Assembly: GCA_963817385.1 (NCBI GenBank)
Contig: CAWFOM010000010.1
Coordinates: forward strand, 315,344 to 379,343
Direction: 5' to 3'
Length of the DNA: 64,000 bases
Source: an uncultured delta proteobacterium
GTDB taxonomy: Bacteria > Desulfobacterota > Syntrophia > Syntrophales > UBA5619
Shown: one piece after another, positions 32,051 to 41,962 of the stretch
Numbering within the stretch: position 1 is the first letter of the stretch
Layout of the letters: each line of letters opens with the position of its first letter
Made by a program: the position numbers and the translations under genes
Notes under the pieces: model-generated
What the model was told of the DNA's origin: nothing
The model's input: only the letters and a program-made list of their open reading frames with translations
The model's database searches: none

Positions 32051-32407
32051 ATGAACTTCAAGTATACCCGTATTTACGCCGGACCGGACGGGAATACCCA
32101 CTTCCAGGATGTCGAGGTACCGATGACTTCCGAGCAGGGCGACCAGTTTAAGTCAATCCTCATGAAAGCGACCGGCATCATTTTCCGAATTACCGGGCCG
32201 GGGTATGATCTTGACTGGCATCCGGTCAGACGGAAGCAGTTCGTGATTACCCTCGAAGGGGAGGGTGACGTTGTTGCCAGCGACGGCACGAGGCGCCGTT
32301 TCGGGCCGGGCGATATTATGCTGGCGGATGACATGAACAGCAAGGGACATCTCAGCAAGGCGGTCGGCGGCAAACCAAGAAAGTCTATCTTCGTAACGGT
32401 AGACTAA
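32051..32407 (+). CDS. cupin-domain protein
   Basis: ~118 aa. The block pattern W.PV..KQFVITLEGEGDV...DGTRRRFGPGDIMLADD is compatible with a single cupin barrel. Confidence 0.55.
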   Translation: MNFKYTRIYAGPDGNTHFQDVEVPMTSEQGDQFKSILMKATGIIFRITGPGYDLDWHPVRRKQFVITLEGEGDVVASDGTRRRFGPGDIMLADDMNSKGHLSKAVGGKPRKSIFVTVD

Positions 32408-32484
32408 ACCATTCAGACCTTTGTAGACGGGAACGAAACGACCGTCGTTGCAGAAACATCGCCACCTATTCAGGAGGAACCCCT

Positions 32485-33738
32485 ATGACAGAGGTAGTAA
32501 TCGTATCAGCCTGCCGGACCGCGATCGGCGCCTTCGGCGGATCGCTTCGCGACGTGAACTGCGCCCAGCTCGGCAGTGTCGTGATGAAGGAGGCCGTCAG
32601 AAGGGCCGGGATTGACGCCGCCCTTATCGATGACGTCCGTTTCGGCTGCTGCATGGAGCCGGCGGACGCCCTCAACGTCACCCGCATCGCCGCCCTCATG
32701 GCGGGTATCCCGGATACCGTCACGGCAGTAACCGTAAATCGGGTCTGCATCTCCGGAATGGAGGCCGTCGTCTCCGGCATGGCAATGATCCAGGCCGGCA
32801 TGGCGGAGATCATCCTCGCCGGCGGCATGGAGCACATGTCGGGGGTTGCCTATTCGGTTCCCGCCGCCCGCTGGGGCTGCCGCTTCCAGGACCAGATCTT
32901 CGTTGATGACATCATCCACGGCCTCCATGCGGGCTCGCACCTTCTGCCCGGTCTGGAGAAGGGACCGGTCAAGGAGGGGGGCGTCGTTGAGCTCTTCCGG
33001 GGAAAACCGTATATCATGGGGGTCACTGCCGAGTTGATCGCCCAGATGTACGACCTCTCGCGGGAGGAGATCGACGCGGTTGCGCTCCGCAGCCACAATA
33101 ACGCCGAGCGGGCCACCCGCGAAGGCGACTTCAAGGATGAGATCGTCCCTGTGGAGATCCCCCAGAAAAAAGGGAAACCGCCCGTCATCTTCGACAAAGA
33201 CGAACACTTCCGGCCGGGGATCACGATGGCCGATCTCGCCTCGCTGCCGGCCGCCTTCATCCCGAAGACCGGCAAGGTCACGGCCGGGAACTCCTCCGGC
33301 GTCAACGACGGGGCGAGCGCCATGGTCATCATGTCGGCAGCAATGGCGAAGGAATTGGGGATTATTCCCCTCGCCCGGATCAAAGCGGTGGGCCGCGGCG
33401 GCTGTCACCCCTCCGTCATGGGGCTGAGCCCCGTCCCCGCCGTCCGGAATCTCCTGGCCAGGACGGGTCTCACCCTCTCCGATTTCGAACTGATCGAGGT
33501 CAACGAGGCGTTTGCCGCACAGTACCTGGGCTGCGAGCGTGAACTCGGACTGAACCGGGAGCTTGTCAACGTCAACGGTTCCGGCGTGGGTCTCGGCCAC
33601 CCGGTAGGCTCCACCGGATGCCGGATCATGGTCACTCTCCTCCATGCCATGAGGAAGCGGGGCAAAACCCTCGGGATGGCCACGCTCTGCGGCGGCGGCG
33701 GTGTTTCTCTCGCCACCGTCCTGGAGGCGTCGGCATAA
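32485..33738 (+). CDS. acetyl-CoA C-acyltransferase (thiolase)
   Basis: 417 aa. VIVSACRTAIGAFGGS, NRVCISGMEAV (active Cys), GNSSGVNDGASA, NGSGVGLGHP, CGGGG. Confidence 0.9.
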   Translation: MTEVVIVSACRTAIGAFGGSLRDVNCAQLGSVVMKEAVRRAGIDAALIDDVRFGCCMEPADALNVTRIAALMAGIPDTVTAVTVNRVCISGMEAVVSGMAMIQAGMAEIILAGGMEHMSGVAYSVPAARWGCRFQDQIFVDDIIHGLHAGSHLLPGLEKGPVKEGGVVELFRGKPYIMGVTAELIAQMYDLSREEIDAVALRSHNNAERATREGDFKDEIVPVEIPQKKGKPPVIFDKDEHFRPGITMADLASLPAAFIPKTGKVTAGNSSGVNDGASAMVIMSAAMAKELGIIPLARIKAVGRGGCHPSVMGLSPVPAVRNLLARTGLTLSDFELIEVNEAFAAQYLGCERELGLNRELVNVNGSGVGLGHPVGSTGCRIMVTLLHAMRKRGKTLGMATLCGGGGVSLATVLEASA

Positions 33739-33836
33739 ACCGCCCATCCATGCCCATCTTCCCGTCCCGGATCGAGGTTACATTTTCTTCTTGACATCCT
33801 CCTACTCTTTCGCTACGGTCGGCTATCCAGTCTTAC

Positions 33837-33845
33837 CGGTCTGAC
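33837..33845. promoter_or_regulatory. candidate GntR operator half-palindrome GGTCTGACC
   Basis: 9-nt palindrome (GGTC-T-GACC), preceded by the direct half-site GTCTTAC, just upstream of the GntR start. It resembles the GT-N-AC type of GntR sites. Confidence 0.25.
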
Positions 33846-33862
33846 CAATTTTGAGGGAACGG

Positions 33863-34627
33863 ATGACTTTTGAAAAGCTGACCCAAACCAAGTTCAAGAA
33901 GAAAAGTTCCTTTATCGCCGACCAAATCCTGCGGATGATCGACTCCGGGCGCTACAAGGCAGGAAGCAAACTCCCCTCTGAGCGCACCATCACCGAACAG
34001 ATGGGGGTGAGCCGCCCTTCCCTGCGGGAGGCGATCAGCGCCCTGCAGATCGTCGGCATCCTGGAAAGCCGCCCCGGCGACGGCACCTACGTCTCCAACC
34101 CCGCAGCCACCGAAGAGCTCATGCGGCGGGCTGTCGCCGTCCTCGAGGAATGCGACAGCCCCTTTGAAAATATGCAAGCCCGCAAGGCGTTGGAAATAGG
34201 CGCGGTCAGACTCGCCATCGCGGTCGCGACCGATGCCGACCTCAATGCCCTCAAGGCGGTGTCGGACGAAAAATGCCAGCGGGGACGCCGGGGGGATCTG
34301 GAGGAGTATCTCCGCTACGGGAAGGAATTCCACCTCGTCATCGCCCGCGCCACAAAAAACCGGACCATCGAGGCGATCATGGAGAAGCTCCTCGATATGA
34401 CCATCCAGCCCCTCTGGATCAACATGCGCCGGGACTATTTCCTCAAGGATCCTTCCCGGATCGAACTGATGATCGATATCCATGATCGGATCATGCGGGC
34501 GATCGTCGACCGCGATATGGACCGGGCAACCCGCGAATTGGAGATCCACTACGACATGCAGATCGAGCAGATCTACGGTCAGAGTGATGAAAATAATCAC
34601 GAGCAGCCTACCGGCATGCAGAAATAG
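33863..34627 (+). CDS. GntR/FadR-family transcriptional regulator (FCD domain)
   Basis: LPSERTITEQMGVSRPSLREAISALQIVGILESRPGDGTYV is a winged HTH. The C-terminal domain is helical. An alternative TTG start lies at 33851. Confidence 0.85.
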   Translation: MTFEKLTQTKFKKKSSFIADQILRMIDSGRYKAGSKLPSERTITEQMGVSRPSLREAISALQIVGILESRPGDGTYVSNPAATEELMRRAVAVLEECDSPFENMQARKALEIGAVRLAIAVATDADLNALKAVSDEKCQRGRRGDLEEYLRYGKEFHLVIARATKNRTIEAIMEKLLDMTIQPLWINMRRDYFLKDPSRIELMIDIHDRIMRAIVDRDMDRATRELEIHYDMQIEQIYGQSDENNHEQPTGMQK

Positions 34628-34771
34628 AATGCCGGACAAACCGTAAAGGGGGTGATGACGGCGATATTCGGTGGAAGAAGGAAGGGGTAGATTTCCCGAG
34701 GGTTCTTTTAACTGTCGGGTCGCCGTCGGGCATTTCCAATCGGCGAACCAGCCATGTCATGGAGGGTAAAA

Positions 34772-35766
34772 ATGAAGAATATTTATAAGTTGTCAGTTTT
34801 ACTGTTGGTCGTCTTATTCATTGCTGTCGGGGCGGGAAGCGCTCTGGGCGCCGGTAAATACCCGGAAAAACCCATCACCCTGATCGTCCATGCCTCCGCC
34901 GGCGGGGGAAGCGACATCTTTGCCCGCACCCTGTCCGCAGCGGTCGAAAAGGATAAACTCCTTCCCCAGCCGATCGTCGTCGAGAACAAGCCGGGCGGAA
35001 GCGGCGGCATCGCCTTCGCCTATGTGGCCGGCAAGAAGAAGGACCCCTATTTCCTCCTCACCGCGGTGACGAGCTTCATGACCACGCCGCTGATGGGGAT
35101 CACCCCGGTCGGCCTCAAGGACTTCACCCCGATCGCCAATTTCGCCTTCGACGAATATATGCTGATGGTCAACCCCAAATCGAAGTACAAATCGGTGAAG
35201 GAGATCATCGCCGACGCCAAGGCCAATCCGAAGAAAATCACCGTCGGCGGAACGCAGCTCGGCTCGTCCGACTCCATTTGCGCCTATCTGGTTGAAAAGG
35301 CGGCCGGCGTCCAGTTCAATTACGTCGTCTTCAACGGCGGCGGCGAGGTCAACGCGGCCCTCCTCGGCGGCCATATCGACATCGCGGTCAGCAACCCCGG
35401 AGAGGCGCTGGAACTCTCCAAGGCGGGCAAAGTCAAACTCCTGGGCGTCTATTCCGACAAACGGCTGCCCGGCGCCCCCGATGTCCCGACGATGAAGGAG
35501 CAGGGGGTCGACGTCACCTACGTCCAGAACCGCGGTCTCGTCGCCCCGGCCGACATCCCGGCGGACGCACGGAAGGTCCTGGAAGAGGCCTTCGCCAAAT
35601 ACATGAAGACGGACGTCTTCAAGAAATATCTCGCGGACAACATGCTCTCCGCGGCATGGATGGACGGCGATACCTTCGGCGAAATGGCTCGAGAAAGAAA
35701 ACGAAAGGTATGCCGTGATCATCAAAGACATGGGTTTGATCAAAAAGAAGAAGTAATACCTTAATT
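34772..35766 (+). pseudogene. tctC: tripartite tricarboxylate transporter substrate-binding protein (TctC/Bug family), C-terminus shifted by a 1-nt insertion at 35691-35694
   Basis: Signal peptide, then YPEKPITLIVHASAGGGSDIFAR. After ...DGDTFGE the next frame gives WLEKENERYAVIIKDMGLIKKKK-stop, a family-typical tail. Confidence 0.85.
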
Positions 35767-35782
35767 ATCGATACAGGCAACG

Positions 35783-35815
35783 GGCGGGGGCGCAGCTTCT
35801 GCGCCCCCGCTTTTA
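35783..35815 (+). terminator. strong GC hairpin with T tract between tctC and tctB
   Basis: GCGGGGGCGCA (35783-35793), loop GCTTC, TGCGCCCCCGC (35799-35809), TTTTAT. Confidence 0.6.
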
Positions 35816-35844
35816 TCAGGCGGAATGAAGAGGCGAGGCGGCTG

Positions 35845-36306
35845 ATGAAAAAAGCGGATTTGATTACGGGTGTTGTTCTTTTGGTGCTCTCCGGCTATGT
35901 GATCCGGGAGGCCTGGCAGATGCCCCCATCGGCGACGTTCGGTCCGGGTTCGGGGTTTCTCCCCTTCTGGCTCGGGGTGATCCTGGCGGTTCTGGCGGTG
36001 ATCCTGCTGGCAACCACCTGGCGCCGCCGGGCGACTGAGAAGGACGGCATCTCCCCGTTCCCGGGCAAGAAGGCGCTCATCGCGATCGGTTCGGTTCTGG
36101 GTGGGCTTGCGGCCTACATCATCCTGATCGAGGTGCTGGGATTTCTCCTGGACACGTTCCTGTACGTGGCGTTTCTGCTGGGGGTGGTGGAGCGGGAACG
36201 TTGGCTCATGACGCTCCTGGTTGCGGTGTCGACGACGGCGGGGCTTTATCTCATCTTTCAGGTTCTCCTGGGGATTACATTGCCCTCGAACATGTTCGGA
36301 TTCTAG
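35845..36306 (+). CDS. tctB: tripartite tricarboxylate transporter small membrane subunit TctB
   Basis: 153 aa with four TM helices. Lies between tctC and tctA. Confidence 0.8.
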   Translation: MKKADLITGVVLLVLSGYVIREAWQMPPSATFGPGSGFLPFWLGVILAVLAVILLATTWRRRATEKDGISPFPGKKALIAIGSVLGGLAAYIILIEVLGFLLDTFLYVAFLLGVVERERWLMTLLVAVSTTAGLYLIFQVLLGITLPSNMFGF

Positions 36307-36326
36307 TCTGAGGCGGAGGTAGTATC

Positions 36327-37835
36327 GTGGATATATTTAATAATCTTATTCTGGGATTTCAGGTCGCTTCCTCCTGGGAGAATCTCCTCTTCTGCTTTAT
36401 CGGGACGCTCATCGGGACGCTCATCGGGGTTCTGCCGGGGATCGGCCCGACGACGGGGGTGGCGATTCTGATCCCGATCACGTTCGGGATGAATGCGACG
36501 ACGGCGATCATCACGATGTGCGGGGTCTATTACGGGGCGATGTACGGGGGATCGACGACGTCGATCCTCCTGAACGTGCCGGGGGAGTCCTCCTCGGTGA
36601 TGACGACGCTGGACGGCTACCAGATGGCCAAGAACGGCCGGCCGGGTCCGGCCCTGGGGATGGCGGCCCTCGCGTCGTTCATCGCGGGGACCTTTGCGGT
36701 CCTGATGCTGACCTTCATCGCGCCCATGCTGGCCAATTATGCGGTTTCATTCGGGCCGCCGGAGTATTTCACCCTGACCTTCATGGGCCTCACGATGGTG
36801 ACCTCACTGGGGGGCGACTCGCCGCTCAAGGGGATCATCAGCGGGGTTTTGGGGTTGATCGTCGCCTGCGTCGGGATCGACGCGATCAGCGGCGTCGCCC
36901 GGTTCACCTTCGACAGCATGTACCTCCTCGACGGCGTCGGGTTCATCGGGATGGCGGTGGGGCTCTTTGCCGCCTCGGAGGTCCTGGTGAACATCGAGGC
37001 GCCGATGCAGCAGATCTTCACGGAGGCGAAGCTGAACTTCCTGAGCCTCTTTCCGAACCTCCAGGACTGGAAGGATTCATTCGGGGCGATCTGGCGAGGA
37101 TCGATCATCGGCTTTTTCGTGGGGGTCCTCCCCGGGGCGGGGGCAACGATCGCCTCGTTCATGGCCTACGCGGTCGAAAAGAGGATGAGCAAGCACCCGG
37201 AGAAGTTCGGGACTGGGGTCATCGAGGGGGTGGCGGCGCCGGAGGGGGCGAACAACTCGGCGGCGGGCGGCGCGATGGTGCCGCTCCTGACACTGGGGAT
37301 CCCCGGATCGGGGACGACGGCGGTCATGCTGGGGGCGCTGATGATTCACGGGCTCAGACCCGGGCCGCTCCTCTTTTCGACGCATCCCGACTTCGTCTGG
37401 GGGCTGATCGCCAGCATGTACATCGGCAACGTCATGCTTATCATCCAGAACATGCCGATGATCGGCCTGTGGGTGCGGCTGCTGAAGGTCCCCTACTCGG
37501 TCCTGATGCCGCTGATCATCACGATCTCGGCGGTCGGCGTCTTCGCGACGGACAACAACGTCTTCGACATGTGGGTGATGTTTGTCTTCGGCGTAATCGG
37601 CTATGTGATGCGGAAGCTCGATTATCCGCCGGCGCCGATGGTCCTGGCCTTGGTCCTGGGGCCGATGGTGGAGATGTCGCTGCGCCAGTCGCTCACCATC
37701 TCGCACGGGAGCATGGCGATCTTCTTCACCCGCCCCATCTCGGGTACGCTGGCGATCTTCGCTCTCCTCTCCCTCTTCGCCCCCCTCTTCCGGATCCTCT
37801 GGATCAGGTACAAGGCGGGAAGGGCGGCGGCGTAG
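36327..37835 (+). CDS. tctA: tripartite tricarboxylate transporter large permease TctA
   Basis: 502 aa, GTG start. GTLIGVLPGIGP, YGGSTTSILLNVPGE, PGAGATIASFMAY. Confidence 0.9.
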   Translation: MDIFNNLILGFQVASSWENLLFCFIGTLIGTLIGVLPGIGPTTGVAILIPITFGMNATTAIITMCGVYYGAMYGGSTTSILLNVPGESSSVMTTLDGYQMAKNGRPGPALGMAALASFIAGTFAVLMLTFIAPMLANYAVSFGPPEYFTLTFMGLTMVTSLGGDSPLKGIISGVLGLIVACVGIDAISGVARFTFDSMYLLDGVGFIGMAVGLFAASEVLVNIEAPMQQIFTEAKLNFLSLFPNLQDWKDSFGAIWRGSIIGFFVGVLPGAGATIASFMAYAVEKRMSKHPEKFGTGVIEGVAAPEGANNSAAGGAMVPLLTLGIPGSGTTAVMLGALMIHGLRPGPLLFSTHPDFVWGLIASMYIGNVMLIIQNMPMIGLWVRLLKVPYSVLMPLIITISAVGVFATDNNVFDMWVMFVFGVIGYVMRKLDYPPAPMVLALVLGPMVEMSLRQSLTISHGSMAIFFTRPISGTLAIFALLSLFAPLFRILWIRYKAGRAAA

Positions 37836-37881
37836 ACAACAAGCCGGATGGCGAGAGCGTTTTTTAGATTATGCCCCATAA

Positions 37882-38439
37882 ATGATCGATGAGGAGTTGT
37901 TGATGAAAGTAATCGGAGTTCATATGGAGCGCTGCACGGGTTGCAAGACCTGTGAGCTGTACTGCGGAGCGGAGCGGGGGAGCGAGGGAAAGACGCTGCT
38001 TGCGGCGGTCCGGGAGACCCCGGCGCCCCAGCCGCGGGTGCGGGTCGAGGGGGGGCGGGACGCCTGTTTTCCCCTGCAGTGCCGCCACTGCCTGCAGGCG
38101 CCGTGCCTCGACGCCTGCCTCACCGGGGCGCTGATCCGTGATCCCGCAAGCGGGATGGTGATCATCCGGGAGGATCTCTGTATCGGGTGCTGGACCTGTA
38201 CGGCCTTCTGCCCCTACGGGGTGATCAGCCCCTCCCCGGAGCGGAAGATCGCGATCAAGTGCGACCGGTGCCTGTACATGGAGAAGCCGGTCTGCGTCGA
38301 CGTCTGTCCGACGAAGGCGCTGGAGGTGGTCGAGATCGAGGCTCTCGAAGAGCTGCTCCGGGAGAAGCGGCGCAAAACCGCGCACGGGATGGCGGCGGCC
38401 GGGGGCGTTGGGTTGAGCCTTCTGGACCTGGGAAGATAA
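37882..38439 (+). CDS. CooF/HycB-like multi-[4Fe-4S] ferredoxin
   Basis: 185 aa. CTGCKTCELYC, CRHCLQAPCLDAC, CIGCWTCTAFCP, CDRC...CVDVCP. Confidence 0.75.
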   Translation: MIDEELLMKVIGVHMERCTGCKTCELYCGAERGSEGKTLLAAVRETPAPQPRVRVEGGRDACFPLQCRHCLQAPCLDACLTGALIRDPASGMVIIREDLCIGCWTCTAFCPYGVISPSPERKIAIKCDRCLYMEKPVCVDVCPTKALEVVEIEALEELLREKRRKTAHGMAAAGGVGLSLLDLGR

Positions 38440-38483
38440 ACGAGCATACATAAAATCGAATAGTCGGGGAGTTAAAGAAGCTT

Positions 38484-39936
38484 ATGGAAACAATTCATTT
38501 CAAGACGGTGGACCCGGTGAGCCAGGATCTGCTCCGCGGGGCGTCTCAGAAGGGGCTTTCTCTCAACTGGGAGAGGTATGAAAAACAGCAGCCGCAGGAC
38601 GGTTTTCTGCGCCTGGGGCTCTCGTGCCCGTACGGGTGCATGCAGGGACCCTGCCGGATCGATCCGTACGGACGGGGAGCGGACCGGGGGATCTGCGGGC
38701 TGGACCGGGACGCGATGGCCGCGGCGTTCCTGCTTCGCCTGACCCTCCAGGGGGTGCTGGAGACGATGCACGCCTATCCGGCGGGTGACGCGGGGAGATC
38801 GCCTGGCCGGCGCCGCTCGACAAACCGGCTGCGGCGGCCCTGGCGGCAGCCGGCGGGGGGCCTCGTCTCCACCGGGGAGATAGCGGCGAGCGCGGTCATG
38901 CTGGCGCGACCTTCGGCGACCCCGGAGGAGCTGGTCCGTCAGGCCGTCCGGCTGGGTCTTCTCGGGATCGGCATCGCGGAAGCGGGCAGGAAATCGGGAC
39001 AATCCTCCGGGTCCCGGGGATGCCGGGTCGGTTACGGCCTCCTCGCCGGAGAGGCGATCACGATCGGCCTGGCCGGGCGGGTTCCGGCGGCGCAGGTTGA
39101 GGCGCTCCTGAAGGCCGGCGGGAAGAAGCCGGACGTGCGGCTGGTATCGCTCGGGGAGTGGCTCCCCGCCGGGGAGGGGTTTCTTCCCATCGTCTGCACG
39201 TCGGGCGAGGCGGAGACCGTCCTGAGCTCGGGGAAGATTAACCTCCTTCTGGTGGGTCCCCAGTGCGATCCGGGCATCCCGGCCCTCTGCGCACGGATGA
39301 AGGTGCCGGTTCTCATGAGCTCCGACAACCCCGCTGCGGCGGCGGTTCTCAAGCAGGCCCGGGCGGCGTTCGAAGGCCGGGGTCCCTCCTCCTTCTCCCC
39401 CGATGCAGCCCTGATCGGGGAAGGACGCGTGAGCATCGGCGAGCGCGAGATCCAGGCGGCCCTGAAGGACGGCCCTTCGGCGAAGATCGCCCTGATCGGC
39501 GGCGCGGACACCCTCCTGCAGTCTCTCGGCCACCTTCCCGTGGAGCTGGCCAAGGCGCTCCGCGGCGAGGCGCTTGCGGTCGCCTCCTGGGGCGATGCCG
39601 CCCTCTGGATGCTCAAAGCAGGAGCTTCCCGTCGGGATCCTGGAGGCGGAGGAAGGGCCGATGACCGCGGTCAGGACACTGGCGAAGGCCGGAAAGCTTT
39701 CGGCAATCAAGGGGATCTGCTTCACGGGTCTCAGGGACTGCCGGGAGTTCACGCGGGCCCTGGGGCTCGCCGCACTCGGGCTGAAGGTTTCTCTCGCCGT
39801 GCCCGTTCCCCTCTGGGGGAGCGAGAAGGTCCGCACGGCGCTTCGGGAGAGCCTGGCGGCCGCGGGCGGGATCCTGGCCCATTTTGACCACCCGGCCCAG
39901 GGGGAAGAGCTCCTGGAGTGGTTCCTCCGGGCGTGA
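38484..39936 (+). pseudogene. short CooS (Ni-CO dehydrogenase)/hybrid-cluster-family protein, split by a 1-nt insertion near 39621
   Basis: The N-terminus ERYEKQQPQDGFLRLGLSCPYGCMQGPCRIDPYG...GICGLD aligns with the CooS N-terminal Fe-S motif. After ...ALWMLKA the next frame continues ELPVGILEAEEGPMTAVRTLAKAGKL...IKGICFTG... to 39936. The repaired product is about 480 aa. Confidence 0.6.
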
Positions 39937-39959
39937 TGGAAAGGATGAGGAGCATCTCC

Positions 39960-41211
39960 ATGCAATGTATCATCGTTGGCGGCGGCGTCGCCGGTTTTCA
40001 GGCCGCCGCGACCTGCCGGGCGATATGGCCCGAGCGGGCCGTGACCCTGATCGACGCCGAGAGTGAATGCGGATATTACCGGACGCTCCTGCCCCAGTTC
40101 ATGGTGGGGGCGCTCCCGGAAGAGAAGCTCTTCTTCCGGCGGGAGGGGAATGACCCGCTCCTGAAAGTACGAACCGGCGTCCGGGTGAAGAAGCTGGATC
40201 GCAGCGGCTCCCGGCTCATTTTGGCCGATGGGGAGGAGATCCCCTACGACCGCCTGATCCTCGCCCACGGCGGGGATCCGTACCTGCCCGGCATCCTCGC
40301 CGGTCCGCCCGCGAAGGGGATCTTTCCCGTCCGCGACCTGACGACGGCGCGGGCGGCGAAGGCGTGGCTTGCCGATCACCGGCAGGTGATCGTCTTCGGC
40401 GGCTCGCTCGTCGGGGTAAAGACGGCGGTTCATCTGCGGCAGGCGGGGTTCGACGTCTCGCTTATCGTCAGGCGGGGCCATATTCTCCTGCGCGCCCTCT
40501 CTCCGGAAGCGGCTCAGGTCGTCGAGGCGCATCTCGAAGGATTTGGGGGTTCGCCTGGTTGTCGATGCGCCCCTGGAGGATATCCGCATCGAGCAGGGGG
40601 CGATCGCGGCCCTCAAGGCGGGGGGTCAGTGGATCGCCTGCGACACCCTGCTCGTGGCGGCCGGAACCGCGCCCGACACGGCGTTTCTGGAGGGGACGGG
40701 CCTTCTGACGGAGGGTGAGCTCGTCGTCTCCCCGGCGCTGCAGACGGCCGATCCGCGGATCTTCGCCGCGGGCGATGTGGCCGTGATAGCCGGCGCGGCC
40801 GGGGAGAAGATCAGCCCGAACACCTGGCCGCAGGCCGTCTCGCAGGGGAGGACGGCGGCGGAGAATCTCTACCGGAAGACGCCCCTGCCCCATCGCGACC
40901 GGACACGGATCAATGCGATGGAGCTCCATGGTCTGGCCATGGTCATCCTCGGCCCCCCGGTTGACGGGGCGGAGGTGATCTCGTATGCGAGACCCGAGGA
41001 GCGTGTCCGGCGCGAGCTCTTCCTCAGGGGAGGAAAGCCGGTGGGAGGCGCGCTGATCGGCGACATCTCGGCCGCCGGAACGCTCCGCGCCCTGATCAAT
41101 GCCGGGCGGGAGATCACCCCCGGGGACGCCGCGCTCCTCAAGCCCCTGACGAGGAGCGTCATCCGTTTTCCCGAACACGCGGGCCGCAGGCAGGCCCTGA
41201 TTCTTTCCTAA
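39960..41211 (+). pseudogene. FAD-dependent pyridine nucleotide-disulfide oxidoreductase (FNOR-type), split by a 1-nt insertion at 40539-40542
   Basis: IIVGGGVAGFQAA and VIVFGGSLVGVKTA are two Rossmann GxGxxG motifs. AHLEG then the next frame gives LGVRLVVDAPLEDI...FAAGDVA. Confidence 0.8.
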
Positions 41212-41226
41212 CATGAGGTTACGTCT

Positions 41227-41952
41227 ATGATGATTCTTGAAGAGAAATGTGTGGGCTGCGGCCGTTGCCAGCCCTACTGTCCCACCGCCGCGATCAGATA
41301 TGACGGGCTGAAAAGCGCAATCGACCAGGATGTCTGCTATGAATGCAGCACCTGCCTGCGCGCCGCGCACTGCCCGGTCGACGCCATCGCGGAATCGCCC
41401 AATGTGTACGACTACCCCCGGGCGCTGCGCCGCTATTTCAGCGATCCCAGTGCGACGCACGCGGCCACCGGCATCCAGGGCCGCGGAACCGAGGAGTCCA
41501 AGACGAACGATGTCACCCTCCGCGTCGGTCCCGGCGAGGTCGGCGTCGCCATCGAGATCGGCCGGCCCACACTCGGGATGTCGATTCTGGACATCCAGAA
41601 GATCTCCCGGGCGATCGCCCGCGCCGGCGTCCACAAGATCGAGGCGCACAACCCGATCCACTCCATGATCGCCGACGAGGCGACGGGGGATCTCAAGCCG
41701 GAGATGCTCGGGGAACGGGTGCTCTCGGCGATCATCGAGATCAAGGTGAAGCGGGATCAGCTCCGCGGCATCCTCCGGACACTCAAGGAGGTCGCCAAGG
41801 AGGTGGACAGCGTCTTCTGCATCGACGCCTGCACCATCGTCGAGCCGGGGCTCACGATCCCGGAGGAGGTCCTGGAGAGCATCCGGGCGGAGGGGTTAAC
41901 CTGGCGGCCGAACGCCAAGATCAACATGGGCCTCGGACGGGCCTGGGAATAA
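41227..41952 (+). CDS. ferredoxin-domain protein with uncharacterised C-terminal domain
   Basis: 241 aa. CVGCGRCQPYCP and CYECSTCLRAAHCP at the N-terminus. I do not recognise the remaining ~170 aa. Confidence 0.55.
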   Translation: MMILEEKCVGCGRCQPYCPTAAIRYDGLKSAIDQDVCYECSTCLRAAHCPVDAIAESPNVYDYPRALRRYFSDPSATHAATGIQGRGTEESKTNDVTLRVGPGEVGVAIEIGRPTLGMSILDIQKISRAIARAGVHKIEAHNPIHSMIADEATGDLKPEMLGERVLSAIIEIKVKRDQLRGILRTLKEVAKEVDSVFCIDACTIVEPGLTIPEEVLESIRAEGLTWRPNAKINMGLGRAWE

Positions 41953-41962
41953 GGATACAATC

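Noticed and set aside
31732-32061. 109-aa minus-strand ORF filling the AT-rich gap upstream of the FabK/NMO-like gene.
   Set aside because: It overlaps the cupin start, has composition unlike the neighbouring genes, and lacks both a recognisable motif and an RBS. It is more likely a divergent promoter region. A degenerate gene remnant cannot be excluded.
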